DNA of 64,000 nt. Source: Gammaproteobacteria bacterium. GTDB lineage: Bacteria > Pseudomonadota > Gammaproteobacteria > Magnimaribacterales > D2472. The DNA lies in NCBI GenBank assembly GCA_038141865.1, contig JAYQIX010000006.1, forward strand, positions 315,400 through 379,399. The letters run 5' to 3'. The translations under genes were made by a program, and so were the position numbers. How positions within the stretch are numbered: position 1 is the first letter of the stretch; each line of letters begins with the position of its first letter. Positions 55,694-64,000 of the stretch are shown here, piece by piece. Under the pieces are notes generated by a model. That model ran no database searches and had not been told where the DNA came from. It worked only from the letters and a program-made list of their open reading frames with translations.

Positions 55694-56488
55694 TATTTCT
55701 CGTAATAAGGTTTAACTGATTTTAAAATTGCTTTGTAGCACTTTGGTGTGGCACAAATGAAGTGGTCGCCATTAAGATATTTTGGATCGCCATTAAAGTC
55801 ACTGATCAATGCCCCGGATTCTTTAGCAATTAATAAACCAGCAGCAACATCCCACAACTCAACACCATGAGCCCAGTAACCATCAAGCCTTCCAGAGGCT
55901 GTATAACAGAGATCTAAACTAATAGATCCAGAATTTCTCATTTCAAGATCTTGATTAAAAAGTTCTTTATATGTCTTATCAAAATCATAGCTATATCCAG
56001 CTGAACTAACTTCGAAGTAGCAAAGCTGAGCATTGATCCAATGACACCTTGTTGTTTACTTACCTTAATTTTCCATTATTAAGAGTTGCTCCAGCTCCTT
56101 TTTGTGCAGAAAATTCTTCTCTTCTAATTGGATCTATTACAACTGCTGTAACCGGTTCCTCATCCATAAGACATGTTAGTGATAGAGCAAAATGTGGATA
56201 GCCGTTCATAAAATTAGACTCGCCATCAATCGCTTTTAGAATCCATGTAATATTAGAATTGTTGACCTCAGACCCTGTCTCAGCACCCAAGAAATTGTCT
56301 TCTGGATAGAATCTTTTTATTTCATCAAGTACTATGCCTTCAACTCTTCTATTGATAGCTTGAAGATATCCATCAGGAGATCCTTTAGAAGCATCTAAAC
56401 TGTGGACTTTTTTTACAGCAAATTCTAACTCTGCAGCACCTTTTCTTGCAGCAATTTGATTTACATTTAATAAAGCTTGAATTGACAT
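55690..56488 (-). CDS. suhB: inositol monophosphatase family protein SuhB, two apparent homopolymer indels (~56062, ~56012)
   Basis: ORFs 56060..56488 and 55690..55941 are bridged by ..NNGKLR/VSKQQGVIGSMLSFAT/FEVSSAGYSYDFDKTYKELFNQDLE/MRNSGS.. in shifted frames. Motifs WILKAIDGESNF, WDVAAG. Divergent from trmJ as in E. coli. Confidence 0.85.
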
Positions 56489-56523
56489 GTCGCTATTGTA
56501 ATAGAAATGAGGATAATAGTGAC

Positions 56524-57249
56524 ATGAGTTTGAAAAGTAATTTAATTAACATAGTTTTAGTCGAAACATCGCATCCTGGAAATATCGGCTCTGTAGCACG
56601 AGCTATGAAGACTATGGGACTATCTAATTTATCTCTAGTGAATCCTAGAAAGTTTCCTTCAGGTGATGCCAATGCCCTTGCTGGTAATGCATTAGATGTT
56701 CTTGAAAATGCAAAAGTCTTTGAATCTATTGAAGAGGCAATAGCAGATAGTACATTTGTCTATGCAACCTCATCAAGAAACAGAACCATCCAATGGCCGA
56801 CTGTAAATTCAGAAGAGGGAGCAATAAAAATTGTAGATCAATCTAATGCTGAGAAAAAAGTATCAATTTTATTTGGTAGAGAGGACAGGGGACTTACTAA
56901 TGAAGAACTGCAATTAGCCAACACCCATATTGAGATACCTGCAAATCCAGAATACCCAGTGCTCAACGTTGCAATGTCTGCTCAAGTCTTATGTTATGAA
57001 ATCTTTAAGTCGTCACATGATACTGAGTCGAGAGATTGGCATGATTATCCTGAAGTTGATTCAAAAAATCTTCAGATGCTAATTGATCATTTTATTGAAA
57101 CTGCAGTTGCTATTGATGTAATCAAACCAGAGAATCCAAAAAAGATAATATCCAGAATCAAAAGAATGTTCAGTCGCTTACATCCAGATGAAATGGAAAC
57201 AAGTTTTATGAGAGGCTTTCTTGCGGCTATAAATAAGAAAATAAAATAG
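56524..57249 (+). CDS. trmJ: tRNA (cytidine/uridine-2'-O)-methyltransferase TrmJ
   Basis: MSLKSNLINIVLVETSHPGNIGSVARAMKTMG SpoU N-terminus (the ORF track starts 78 nt upstream, antisense to suhB). FGREDRGLTNEEL. Confidence 0.85.
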   Translation: MSLKSNLINIVLVETSHPGNIGSVARAMKTMGLSNLSLVNPRKFPSGDANALAGNALDVLENAKVFESIEEAIADSTFVYATSSRNRTIQWPTVNSEEGAIKIVDQSNAEKKVSILFGREDRGLTNEELQLANTHIEIPANPEYPVLNVAMSAQVLCYEIFKSSHDTESRDWHDYPEVDSKNLQMLIDHFIETAVAIDVIKPENPKKIISRIKRMFSRLHPDEMETSFMRGFLAAINKKIK

Positions 57250-57259
57250 CTCTAGGCCT

Positions 57260-57287
57260 TTGATAATTTTTCTACATTCAATATAAT
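57260..57287 (+). promoter_or_regulatory. candidate sigma70 promoter for tRNA-Glu (TTGATA-N16-TATAAT)
   Basis: -35 at 57260-57265 and -10 at 57282-57287. The mature tRNA 5' end is 15 nt downstream of the -10. Confidence 0.55.
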
Positions 57288-57301
57288 ACGTTTCGCATCT
57301 A

Positions 57302-57377
57302 GTCCCGTTCGTCTAGAGGCCTAGGACACCGGGTTTTCATCTCGGCAACAGGGGTTCGACTCCCCTACGGGATGCCA
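57302..57377 (+). tRNA. tRNA-Glu (anticodon UUC), CCA encoded
   Basis: GTCCCGTTCGTCTAGAGGCCTAGGACACCGGGTTTTCATCTCGGCAACAGGGGTTCGACTCCCCTACGGGATGCCA is near-identical in architecture to E. coli tRNA-Glu. Anticodon loop TTTTCAT. Confidence 0.92.
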
Positions 57378-57411
57378 ATTTACTAAGAAGCACACAATAG
57401 TGGGCTTTTTT
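57361..57411 (+). repeat. direct repeat copy 1 (attL-like): last 17 nt of tRNA-Glu plus 34 nt including a terminator hairpin/T-run
   Basis: tcccctacgggatgccaatttactaagaagcacacaatagtgggctttttt. 49/51 identical to 59179-59229. Confidence 0.85.
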
Positions 57412-57426
57412 TATGATTTAAGAAAA

Positions 57427-57540
57427 AAATGTAGTCATATCTGCTGAAATTGTAGTCAGTATTGATGTAGATTTGCATTCAATTAATTTTTATTTGGTAG
57501 TCATAAAATAAATAAATTGTAGTCAATTTGTAGTCAATTT
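57427..57540 (+). repeat. array of five direct AAWTTGTAGTCAWT motifs (plus one partial): iteron or recombinase arm-site-like
   Basis: TGTAGTCA at 57430, 57451, 57518 and 57529. GGTAGTCA at 57496. Partial TGTAGAT at 57466. All in the same orientation within about 110 bp of non-coding DNA. Confidence 0.7.
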
Positions 57541-57636
57541 CTCATTTACGGGGGGGCAGGAATACTAGCCGGGTACCCCTGGTATATATCTAGTGGTTGA
57601 GAATTTTGAGAGGTTTTTGCGTATTAACTAGATTTT

Positions 57637-58053
57637 CTATATATAAAAAATTATAAGCTTAATACTAAGCATAACTATCCCAACATAAGTTGTTAACATG
57701 CCTGAAATTCTTAAAAAAGGATTGTAATCAAAAAAAGCAAAACATATTGCGTGAGCGATTCTGCCATAGGTAAAAATTAAAGATGCAATAAGCATATAAA
57801 CGTATGAAGTATCTCCTACTAACTCAGAAACCAATAACAACAACAAATATAAAGGAACATATTCTGAAAAGTTGCCGTGAGCTCTTATATTTCTATTAAG
57901 CTTCTCTTCTGTAACTTCCTTATCCATCTTAAAGAATAGTTTCATTACAGGACTTCCTCTCATATAACCCACTCGCATTGCAAGTAAGATGTAAAAGAGA
58001 GAAAGAGTACTTATAAATATTGGCGTAAGAAATATATTCATAATTTTCTCCAA
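57637..58053 (-). CDS. MAPEG family membrane protein (microsomal glutathione S-transferase-like)
   Basis: 138 aa, 4 TM. RAHGNFSEYVPLYLL matches the MAPEG R-x3-N-x2-E motif. Confidence 0.7.
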   Translation of the reverse strand: MEKIMNIFLTPIFISTLSLFYILLAMRVGYMRGSPVMKLFFKMDKEVTEEKLNRNIRAHGNFSEYVPLYLLLLLVSELVGDTSYVYMLIASLIFTYGRIAHAICFAFFDYNPFLRISGMLTTYVGIVMLSIKLIIFYI

Positions 58054-58118
58054 AACAAGAATATTTACTTTAACAAATTACATCAGTCATTTTATACATA
58101 AAGTAATATAATATTAAG

Positions 58119-58481
58119 GTGGATACTAAATTTAAAAAATTAATCGAAGAAGCACTTAAATTAATTAAACCTATTTCTCCAATAGAAATCCAAAAAAATA
58201 TTGAAGATTACTACATCATTGATGTACGTGAACCTGATGAAGTTTCAGTATCTGGTAAAGTCAAAGGAGCATTAAATATTCCAAAAGGAGTTATAGAGAC
58301 CGACAGGAAGCTTGATAAAGAAGTTAAAGCTGACCAACTTATTGTAGTTTATTGTGAAAGTGGAAATAGGGCAGCTCTTGTTGGTAAATGTTTAATGGAT
58401 GCTGGATATACAAATATATATAACTTAGGCGGATTTAAGGATTGGGTAAAAGCTGGGGGTCAAATTGAATTTGCTGCTTAG
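58119..58481 (+). CDS. single-domain rhodanese sulfurtransferase
   Basis: Active-site loop VVYCESGNRAA, 120 aa. GTG start. Confidence 0.8.
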   Translation: MDTKFKKLIEEALKLIKPISPIEIQKNIEDYYIIDVREPDEVSVSGKVKGALNIPKGVIETDRKLDKEVKADQLIVVYCESGNRAALVGKCLMDAGYTNIYNLGGFKDWVKAGGQIEFAA

Positions 58482-59154
58482 ACAATTATTTGACCATAGT
58501 TCATCAACTTATACATATATCATTGGTTCAAATGATGATGCATTAATTATTGACCCAGTAAAGGAAAATGTTTCTCAATACATTAATCTTTTAGATGAGT
58601 TAGGTTTATCTTTAAAAATGGTTTTAGATACTCATGTCCATGCTGACCATGTTACTGGTTCAGGTTTATTACAAAAACAAAAAGCTTGTGAGGTAGGCTC
58701 ACCTATAGAGTCAGCTGCTTGTTGTGGAAGCTTTTCATTTAAAGATGGGACTGTATTAGAGCTAGGCGCAGTCAAGTTTAAGTGTTTATTTACACCCGGT
58801 CACACCAATGATTCTTATTGTTTTTATTTTAAGAATCCTGGGTGGATATTTACTGGTGATACGCTCTTAATTAGAGGAACAGGTAGAACAGATTTTCAAA
58901 ATGGGTCCGCTGATAATCTTTATGAAAGTTTGCACCAAAAACTGCTAACTTTACCCCCAAATACAATTGTTTATCCTGGACATGATTATAGAGGCATGAC
59001 TTCATCAACTATCGATGAAGAAAAAAATAATAATCCAAGGTTATTACTCTCAAAAAAAGATGATTTTATAAGTCATATGAATAATTTAAAGCTATCAGAC
59101 CCAAAAATAATGGATGTTGCAGTTCCTGCAAATCTCAAATTAGGATTAGAATAA
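58465..59154 (+). CDS. MBL-fold persulfide dioxygenase (ETHE1-like)
   Basis: RQLFDHSSSTYTYIIG N-terminus, THVHADHVTG metal motif, FTPGHT, GDTLLIRGTGRTDFQ, PGHDY. 17-nt overlap with the rhodanese gene. Confidence 0.7.
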   Translation: MNLLLRQLFDHSSSTYTYIIGSNDDALIIDPVKENVSQYINLLDELGLSLKMVLDTHVHADHVTGSGLLQKQKACEVGSPIESAACCGSFSFKDGTVLELGAVKFKCLFTPGHTNDSYCFYFKNPGWIFTGDTLLIRGTGRTDFQNGSADNLYESLHQKLLTLPPNTIVYPGHDYRGMTSSTIDEEKNNNPRLLLSKKDDFISHMNNLKLSDPKIMDVAVPANLKLGLE

Positions 59155-59178
59155 GCTAGAGAAATTCTTAATTAAGAA

Positions 59179-59229
59179 TCCCCTACGGGATGCCAATTTA
59201 CTAAGAAGCCCATAATAGTGGGCTTTTTT
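59179..59229 (+). repeat. direct repeat copy 2 (attR-like): orphan tRNA-Glu 3' end plus terminator hairpin
   Basis: tcccctacgggatgccaatttactaagaagcccataatagtgggctttttt. The hairpin GCCCATaataGTGGGC plus T6 probably also terminates the rhodanese-PDO transcript. Confidence 0.85.
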
Positions 59230-59323
59230 AATCTCCAGCAAATGGCGAACCAAAAATACCAACTCCCAGCTCAGCCCATATCAACAAAAAAATTAAAAAA
59301 GCTATTGGCCATATAAATTTCAT
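59228..59323 (-). CDS. possible 31-aa hydrophobic peptide, hypothetical
   Basis: Hand translation: MKFIWPIAFLIFLLIWAELGVGIFGSPFAGD*. The stop overlaps the T-run of repeat copy 2. No clear RBS. Confidence 0.2.
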   Translation of the reverse strand: MKFIWPIAFLIFLLIWAELGVGIFGSPFAGD

Positions 59324-59398
59324 AAATAAACCCTATCAGAATTTAGTTTTCATATATTTTTATATTATGTAAAGAATTTGTTTATTAAATAAAATTTA

Positions 59399-59431
59399 GA
59401 ATACCCGCCTACTTGTAATTAGCGGGTATTC
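59399..59431. terminator. hairpin terminator overlapping the 3' end of the hydrolase gene
   Basis: GAATACCCGC-13 nt-GCGGGTATTC: perfect 10-bp stem flanked by T-rich sequence on both strands. Confidence 0.6.
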
Positions 59432-60360
59432 TTTTCTAAGTGTTCTAAAAGTTCTTTTGAGAACTCGTTAATAATATTTTCTTCGACAAGATGTCGCATA
59501 TTATCAATAACCAGCAGAACGCTGTTTTTAATTAGTTTATGAATTTGATATGAATTTTTTACCCTAATAAGCGGGTCATCTTTTCCATGAATAATTAAAG
59601 TAGGTGCCTTGATGCTCATAACTTTTCTAATTCTATTTTTTGAAGAAAGTATTGCAAATAACTGCCTCGCGTAGCCATATCCATTACCTTTGCCAAGAGC
59701 TCTATTGTAATTAGCTATAGTTTGTTCTTTGAATTCTGGAGTATCAATTTCTCGCCCCTCCATTCCTATTAAAGAAACCCATTTAAGCTCTCTCTCATAA
59801 ACCTCTTCAGCGGTTGGATTAACATTCTGAGCTCTTTCTATCATTATCTCTCGGACTTCTTTTGATGCACCATTAAATGGCCCAGGCACTGATGCAGTGG
59901 ATGCAATCAAGGTAAATGATTTTATTTTTTCTGGATACTTTGCACAGATAATTTGACTTATCATGCCGCCCATTGAAGTCCCAAGAATATGAGCCTTATC
60001 AATTTTTAAATGATCAAGAAGATTAATAGCATCCTTGGCCATATCATTGAGATTGTATTCAGATTGAACTGGAAGTCGAAGATAGTATCTTATATATCCA
60101 CTAAGCATAGATGGTTTGCTTGAAAATCTAGATGACAAACCTGAATCTCTATTGTCAAAAACTATCGGTCTGTAATTATTTTTGATCAATAGATCTATTA
60201 AATCATCAGACCAATGCACTAATTGGGCTCCTAATCCGTGAACAAGCAAAATAGGCTCTTGATCACTTTCTCCATAATCTCTATAAAAAATGCTTACATT
60301 ATTTTTTTCAACTAAGCCTTCTTTATATTTCATATGATTAGTCTTACATATTTTTTGCAT
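59419..60360 (-). CDS. alpha/beta-fold hydrolase
   Basis: LLVHGLG oxyanion region, nucleophile elbow GTSMGG, C-terminal ..MRHLV (His). Confidence 0.8.
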   Translation of the reverse strand: MQKICKTNHMKYKEGLVEKNNVSIFYRDYGESDQEPILLVHGLGAQLVHWSDDLIDLLIKNNYRPIVFDNRDSGLSSRFSSKPSMLSGYIRYYLRLPVQSEYNLNDMAKDAINLLDHLKIDKAHILGTSMGGMISQIICAKYPEKIKSFTLIASTASVPGPFNGASKEVREIMIERAQNVNPTAEEVYERELKWVSLIGMEGREIDTPEFKEQTIANYNRALGKGNGYGYARQLFAILSSKNRIRKVMSIKAPTLIIHGKDDPLIRVKNSYQIHKLIKNSVLLVIDNMRHLVEENIINEFSKELLEHLEKNTR

Positions 60361-60415
60361 GCATTACATGAAATTTTGATATACATTAGAAATTAAATAC
60401 ATTTAGGGGATTTAT

Positions 60416-61760
60416 TTGTCTGGATCAATCAGCAATTCAGTTAGGGCAGCTTATGGCATTGGTGATTTTGCAATATGCCTTTATTGGAGTGGGGTAAGTA
60501 TATACCTGCTTTATTTTTATACTGATGTAGTTGGAATATCGCCTTATGCTGCAGGTGCAATCTATGGCATTGGTATTTTATGGGATGCTTTTACAGATCC
60601 TTTTATGGGGATATATAGCTGAGCGCACTAGATCAAAAATGGGGAGCTATAGACCATATATATATTATGGTTCTATACCACTAGCACTTTCATTTGTGTT
60701 GTTGCTATGGGTTCCGCCATTTGAAGGAATGTTTTTGATAGGATTTCTTTTATTAGTAAATCTAATACACAGAAGCTGTTTCACAATTGTTAGCGTTCCT
60801 TATTCTTCTTTAACTGCGCGAATAACTGATGATAGCGATGAGAGAACAATTCTCACTGGATCAAGAATGTTTGCAGCTGCTTTTGGAACTTTTTCAATAT
60901 CAGCACTTGGGTTCCCAATCGTATTGTTTTTTGGAGGAGGGCAAGAGTCGATTGGGTTTATATACCTAGGAATTATTGCAGGTTTAACCGCAATCCTGAT
61001 ACTGATGATAACTGTAACTTTTGTTAAAGAAAGAAAATTTGAATCCATTAAATCTGAACTACCAAATTTCTTTGAGGTATCTAAATCTGTTGCAAGCAAT
61101 TATCCTTTTTGGCTTGTATTTAGCTCCATTCTAATTTTATTAGCTGCGATGCTTATGTTTAATAATAATTTGGTTTATTACTCGAAGTACGCCTTGGATC
61201 TTCATAGCTATCAGGGTTTAATTCTTGGAGTATTGAATGGAGTCACATTTATTGCAGTTCCAGCATGGGCTTATATTGCTCTTAAGCTTGGTAAAAAGAA
61301 TACATGGCTAACTGCAATGGCCGCACTATTTGTAGGATTTATACTTTTTTATTATCTCCCAATCAATGGTCTGAATGAACTTCTATATGTTCTAGCATTT
61401 ATTGGTTTAGCGAATGGAGCTACCGGAGTTCTATTTTGGTCAATGCTGCCTGATACTATTGAATTTGGAGAATGGAAGACTGGTATTAGAACCGAATCAT
61501 CTTTGTATGGATTTATGACTTTTGCACAAAAAGGTGCCATAGCTATTGCAGCTTTTATTTTGGGTATGGTCTTAACAAGCATTGGGTTTGAACCTAACGA
61601 AGTTCAATCTGCTCAAACTATTTCTGACCTTAAAACTTTAATGACATTAATACCAATTGTTGGAATATGCATCAGTTTTATTCTTATGTGGTTTTATCCT
61701 ATTGATAAAAAATTCCATAGCCAGCTTATTGCAGATATACAAAACAGAGGGTCATCTTGA
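60416..61760 (+). CDS. GPH-family (MelB/GusB-like) glycoside:cation symporter, one apparent indel in G4 run 60607-60610
   Basis: ORFs 60416..60622 and 60531..61760 join as ..WDAFTDPFMGYIAERTRSKMGSYRPY.., the GPH signature D-x3-D-P-x2-G-x4-R-T. 12 TM. Confidence 0.8.
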
Positions 61761-63758
61761 AACAAATTAATTGGGGAATAATTGGTACAGGTAGTATTGC
61801 CTCTGCTTTTGCGCATTCAATAGAGCACTGTAGTCATTCAAAATTGAGTGGAGTATATGGTAGGAATGCTGAAGCTTTAAATGTTTTTTCAAAAAAGTTT
61901 AAAGTAGAGCCATTTAAAGATATTGAGAGCTTTTTAGATTCATCTGATATAGATGCTGTTTATGTTGCAACCCCGCACAATACTCATTTCAAATATTCAC
62001 TTGAAGCCATTAAAAATAATAAGCATGTTTTATGTGAAAAACCTTTAACTATGAATCATCTGGAGAGCATGATTCTACTTAATCTAGCCAAAGAAAAAGA
62101 ACTGTTTTTAATGGAAGCTTTTATGTATAGAACGCATCCCCAAACTCAAAACATTCTGCAAAACTTATCAATTTTTGAAAAAGGTTTAGATATTAAAATT
62201 GAAAGCTCATTTGGCTTTGCTGCAGATGTGCCTGAATCTCATAGATTAAGAAATCCAGAATTAGGAGGCGGCTCCATACTCGATGTTGGTTGCTATCCGC
62301 TGTCAATGGTAAGACTTATTGCTGGAGCCTTTGAAGGAGCTCCATTTGCTGATCCAATATCTATAGATGGCCTCAGGCGAAATAGACTCAACCGGAACTG
62401 ATCTATCTGCCAAAGCAGAATTAAAGTTCTCGAACAACATTAACGCAAGTATAAATACTGCTATTAATCAGGAGCTAAAGAATAATCTAATTATCTCAGC
62501 AGGCGATACAAAATTAATTGTTGATCAGCCATGGCATTGCGGCCAATTTCAAGAGGGAAACTCTTCTATCAAAATATATAAAAATGAAGATCTAATAAAA
62601 GAAGTTACTTATGAGGATAAAGTAGGACTTTTTACAAGAGAAATAGATCATGCCTCAAGCATGATTATTGATAATATGCTTGAGTCAGAATATATAAGCC
62701 ATCAAGACTCTCAAGGTAACATGTTATGGCTTGATAAATGGAGGCAACAACTTGATATAAACTGCCCTTTAAGCAAAATAAATCATTCTCCGATACCAAA
62801 AGCAAATTTCTATAAACTTCAAAAACGAACTCTAGATAGCATCAATGAGGATATATCTACAAAAACTCTTTCTAGGTTAGCTCTTGGTTGTGATAATCAA
62901 ACATCTAGACTGCATGCATATGTAATGTTCGATCACTTTTACGGAAGAGGTGGAAGAATTTTTGATACTGCTTATATTTATAACAATGGCATGGGAGATG
63001 CCTACTTAGGCGACTGGATAAATTCACGAGGTTTAGAAGATGAAGTTATTGTTCTTGGAAAAGGTGCCCATACTCCCCAATGCGAACCTAAGTACATAAA
63101 ACCTCAAATAGAAGAGTCTCTGGAAAGATTAAAATTAAAAAAAATAGATATATTTTGTTTGCATAGAGACAATCATGAAATTCCAGTTAGTGAGTTTGTT
63201 GATGCTTTGGATGAAATAAAAAAAGAGGGTTTGATAGATAAGATAGGTGCTTCTAATTGGGAGCAGCATCGATTTGAGGAAGCAAGAAGTTTTGCAATTA
63301 CAAAAAACAAAGAGCCTTTTACTGTATTAAGTAATAATTTCAGTTTAGCTGAAATGATTGAGCCTGTATGGCCAGGTTGTGTGGGAGTAAATGGAGATTA
63401 TTTAAACTACTTAAAACAAAATGATATTCTCTTATTTCCATGGTCTAGTCAGGCAAGAGGATTTTTCATAAAGAAGAAAATTATAAAATCTAATGATCAT
63501 TTTTCTAACCCTTCTTTTGATGAAGAGAAGAGGGTTTGGCACAGTGAAGCAAATTTAAACAGAAGACAAATATGTTTTGACATAGCTGCCAAAAGAAATG
63601 TTCATCCCATCGAAGTTGCTTTAGCTTATGTTATTCAAACATCATCTTTAATTTATCCATTGATAGGCCCAAGAACTGTATTTGAAACTGATAGCTCAAT
63701 TTCAGCTGTATCTATGAACTTAACAAATGATGAAATGAAAAAACTTTCTAGAGGCTAA
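61757..63758 (+). CDS. Gfo/Idh/MocA oxidoreductase fused to an aldo/keto reductase domain, one apparent indel ~62365
   Basis: N-terminus INWGIIGTGSIA..EKP Rossmann motif. From about residue 130 of ORF 62367..63758 the sequence is AKR-like (GRIFDTAYIYNNGMGDAYLGDW, IFCLHRD, IGASNW). No stop or start lies between the domains. Confidence 0.65.
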
Positions 63759-64000
63759 TAAAACTACTGAGCCTAATATCATCAACTGAGGCTCCTATTG
63801 AGATTTCATAGTTACCTGCGCTAATCTCCCAGTTCTTGGTTACGGTATCCCATTGTGCAAAATTTCTTTTATTCAAAATGATCTCAATAGTTTTCTCTTT
63901 CCCAGATTCAATAAAAACCTTATCAAACCCTTGTAAAGTTTTTATTGGTTCATTTAAATTAGCACTATCTGAGCCAACATAGCACTGGGCAACCTCTGAT
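63748..64000 (-). CDS. glycoside hydrolase family 3 (beta-glucosidase-like), C-terminal fragment; 5' part outside window
   Basis: Hand translation of the minus strand: ..SEVAQCYVGSDSANLNEPIKTLQGFDKVFIESGKEKTIEIILNKRNFAQWDTVTKNWEISAGNYEISIGASVDDIRLSSFISL*. Resembles the GH3 Fn3-like C-terminal domain. Overlaps the convergent AKR stop by 11 nt. Confidence 0.55.
   Translation of the reverse strand, partial: SEVAQCYVGSDSANLNEPIKTLQGFDKVFIESGKEKTIEIILNKRNFAQWDTVTKNWEISAGNYEISIGASVDDIRLSSFISL

Larger units (their letters stand above)
57378..59229. mobile_element. possible degenerate tRNA-Glu-associated genomic islet (no integrase), bounded by 51-bp direct repeats
   Basis: A duplicated tRNA 3' end flanks a 1.8-kb segment with a repeat-rich non-coding arm and three cargo genes. 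Confidence 0.4.

Noticed and set aside
57545-57595. GC-rich patch (acgggggggcaggaatactagccgggtacccctgg) as a structured RNA or a terminator for the MAPEG gene
   Set aside because: I could not fold a convincing stem-loop by eye. There is only a loopless GGGTACCC palindrome and short G4/C4 complementarity. It is mentioned only as compositional oddity within the islet.

Overview
AT-rich (about one-third G+C by eye, not computed), very gene-dense chromosomal segment. It is almost entirely housekeeping, and its gene order is typical of Gammaproteobacteria: murJ-ribF-ileS-lspA-ispH, groESL, rpsP-rimM-trmD-rplS, xerD-dsbC-hom-thrC, prfB-lysS, nrdAB, rpoE-rseA-degP, lepA-lepB-rnc-era-recO-acpS, queA-tgt-yajC-secDF, suhB/trmJ. 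A streamlined marine lineage (SAR86-like) is only a guess. I saw no CRISPR array, IS element, prophage or recognisable defence system. The assembly carries about 25 single-base indels, mostly in short homopolymers. They split obviously essential genes (ileS, nrdA, secD, era, lysS and others) and create a false IleS-LspA fusion ORF. I read these as sequencing errors and annotate full-length genes. The most interesting findings are: (1) a 1.85-kb islet next to tRNA-Glu, bounded by 51-bp direct repeats of the tRNA 3' end plus its terminator, carrying a TGTAGTCA repeat array and a MAPEG/rhodanese/persulfide-dioxygenase cassette but no integrase; (2) ribosomal protein S16 with a ~225-aa Ala/Glu/Pro C-terminal extension made of 42-bp tandem repeats, and an L19 in the same operon with an acidic ~65-aa N-terminal extension; (3) DnaA-box structures, namely a 10-bp inverted DnaA-box pair upstream of ung, and DnaA plus NrdR boxes in the nrdA-glpK intergenic region; (4) a Gfo/Idh/MocA-aldo/keto reductase fusion in a small glycoside-utilisation cluster. 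None of these is compelling evidence for a genuinely new multi-gene system.
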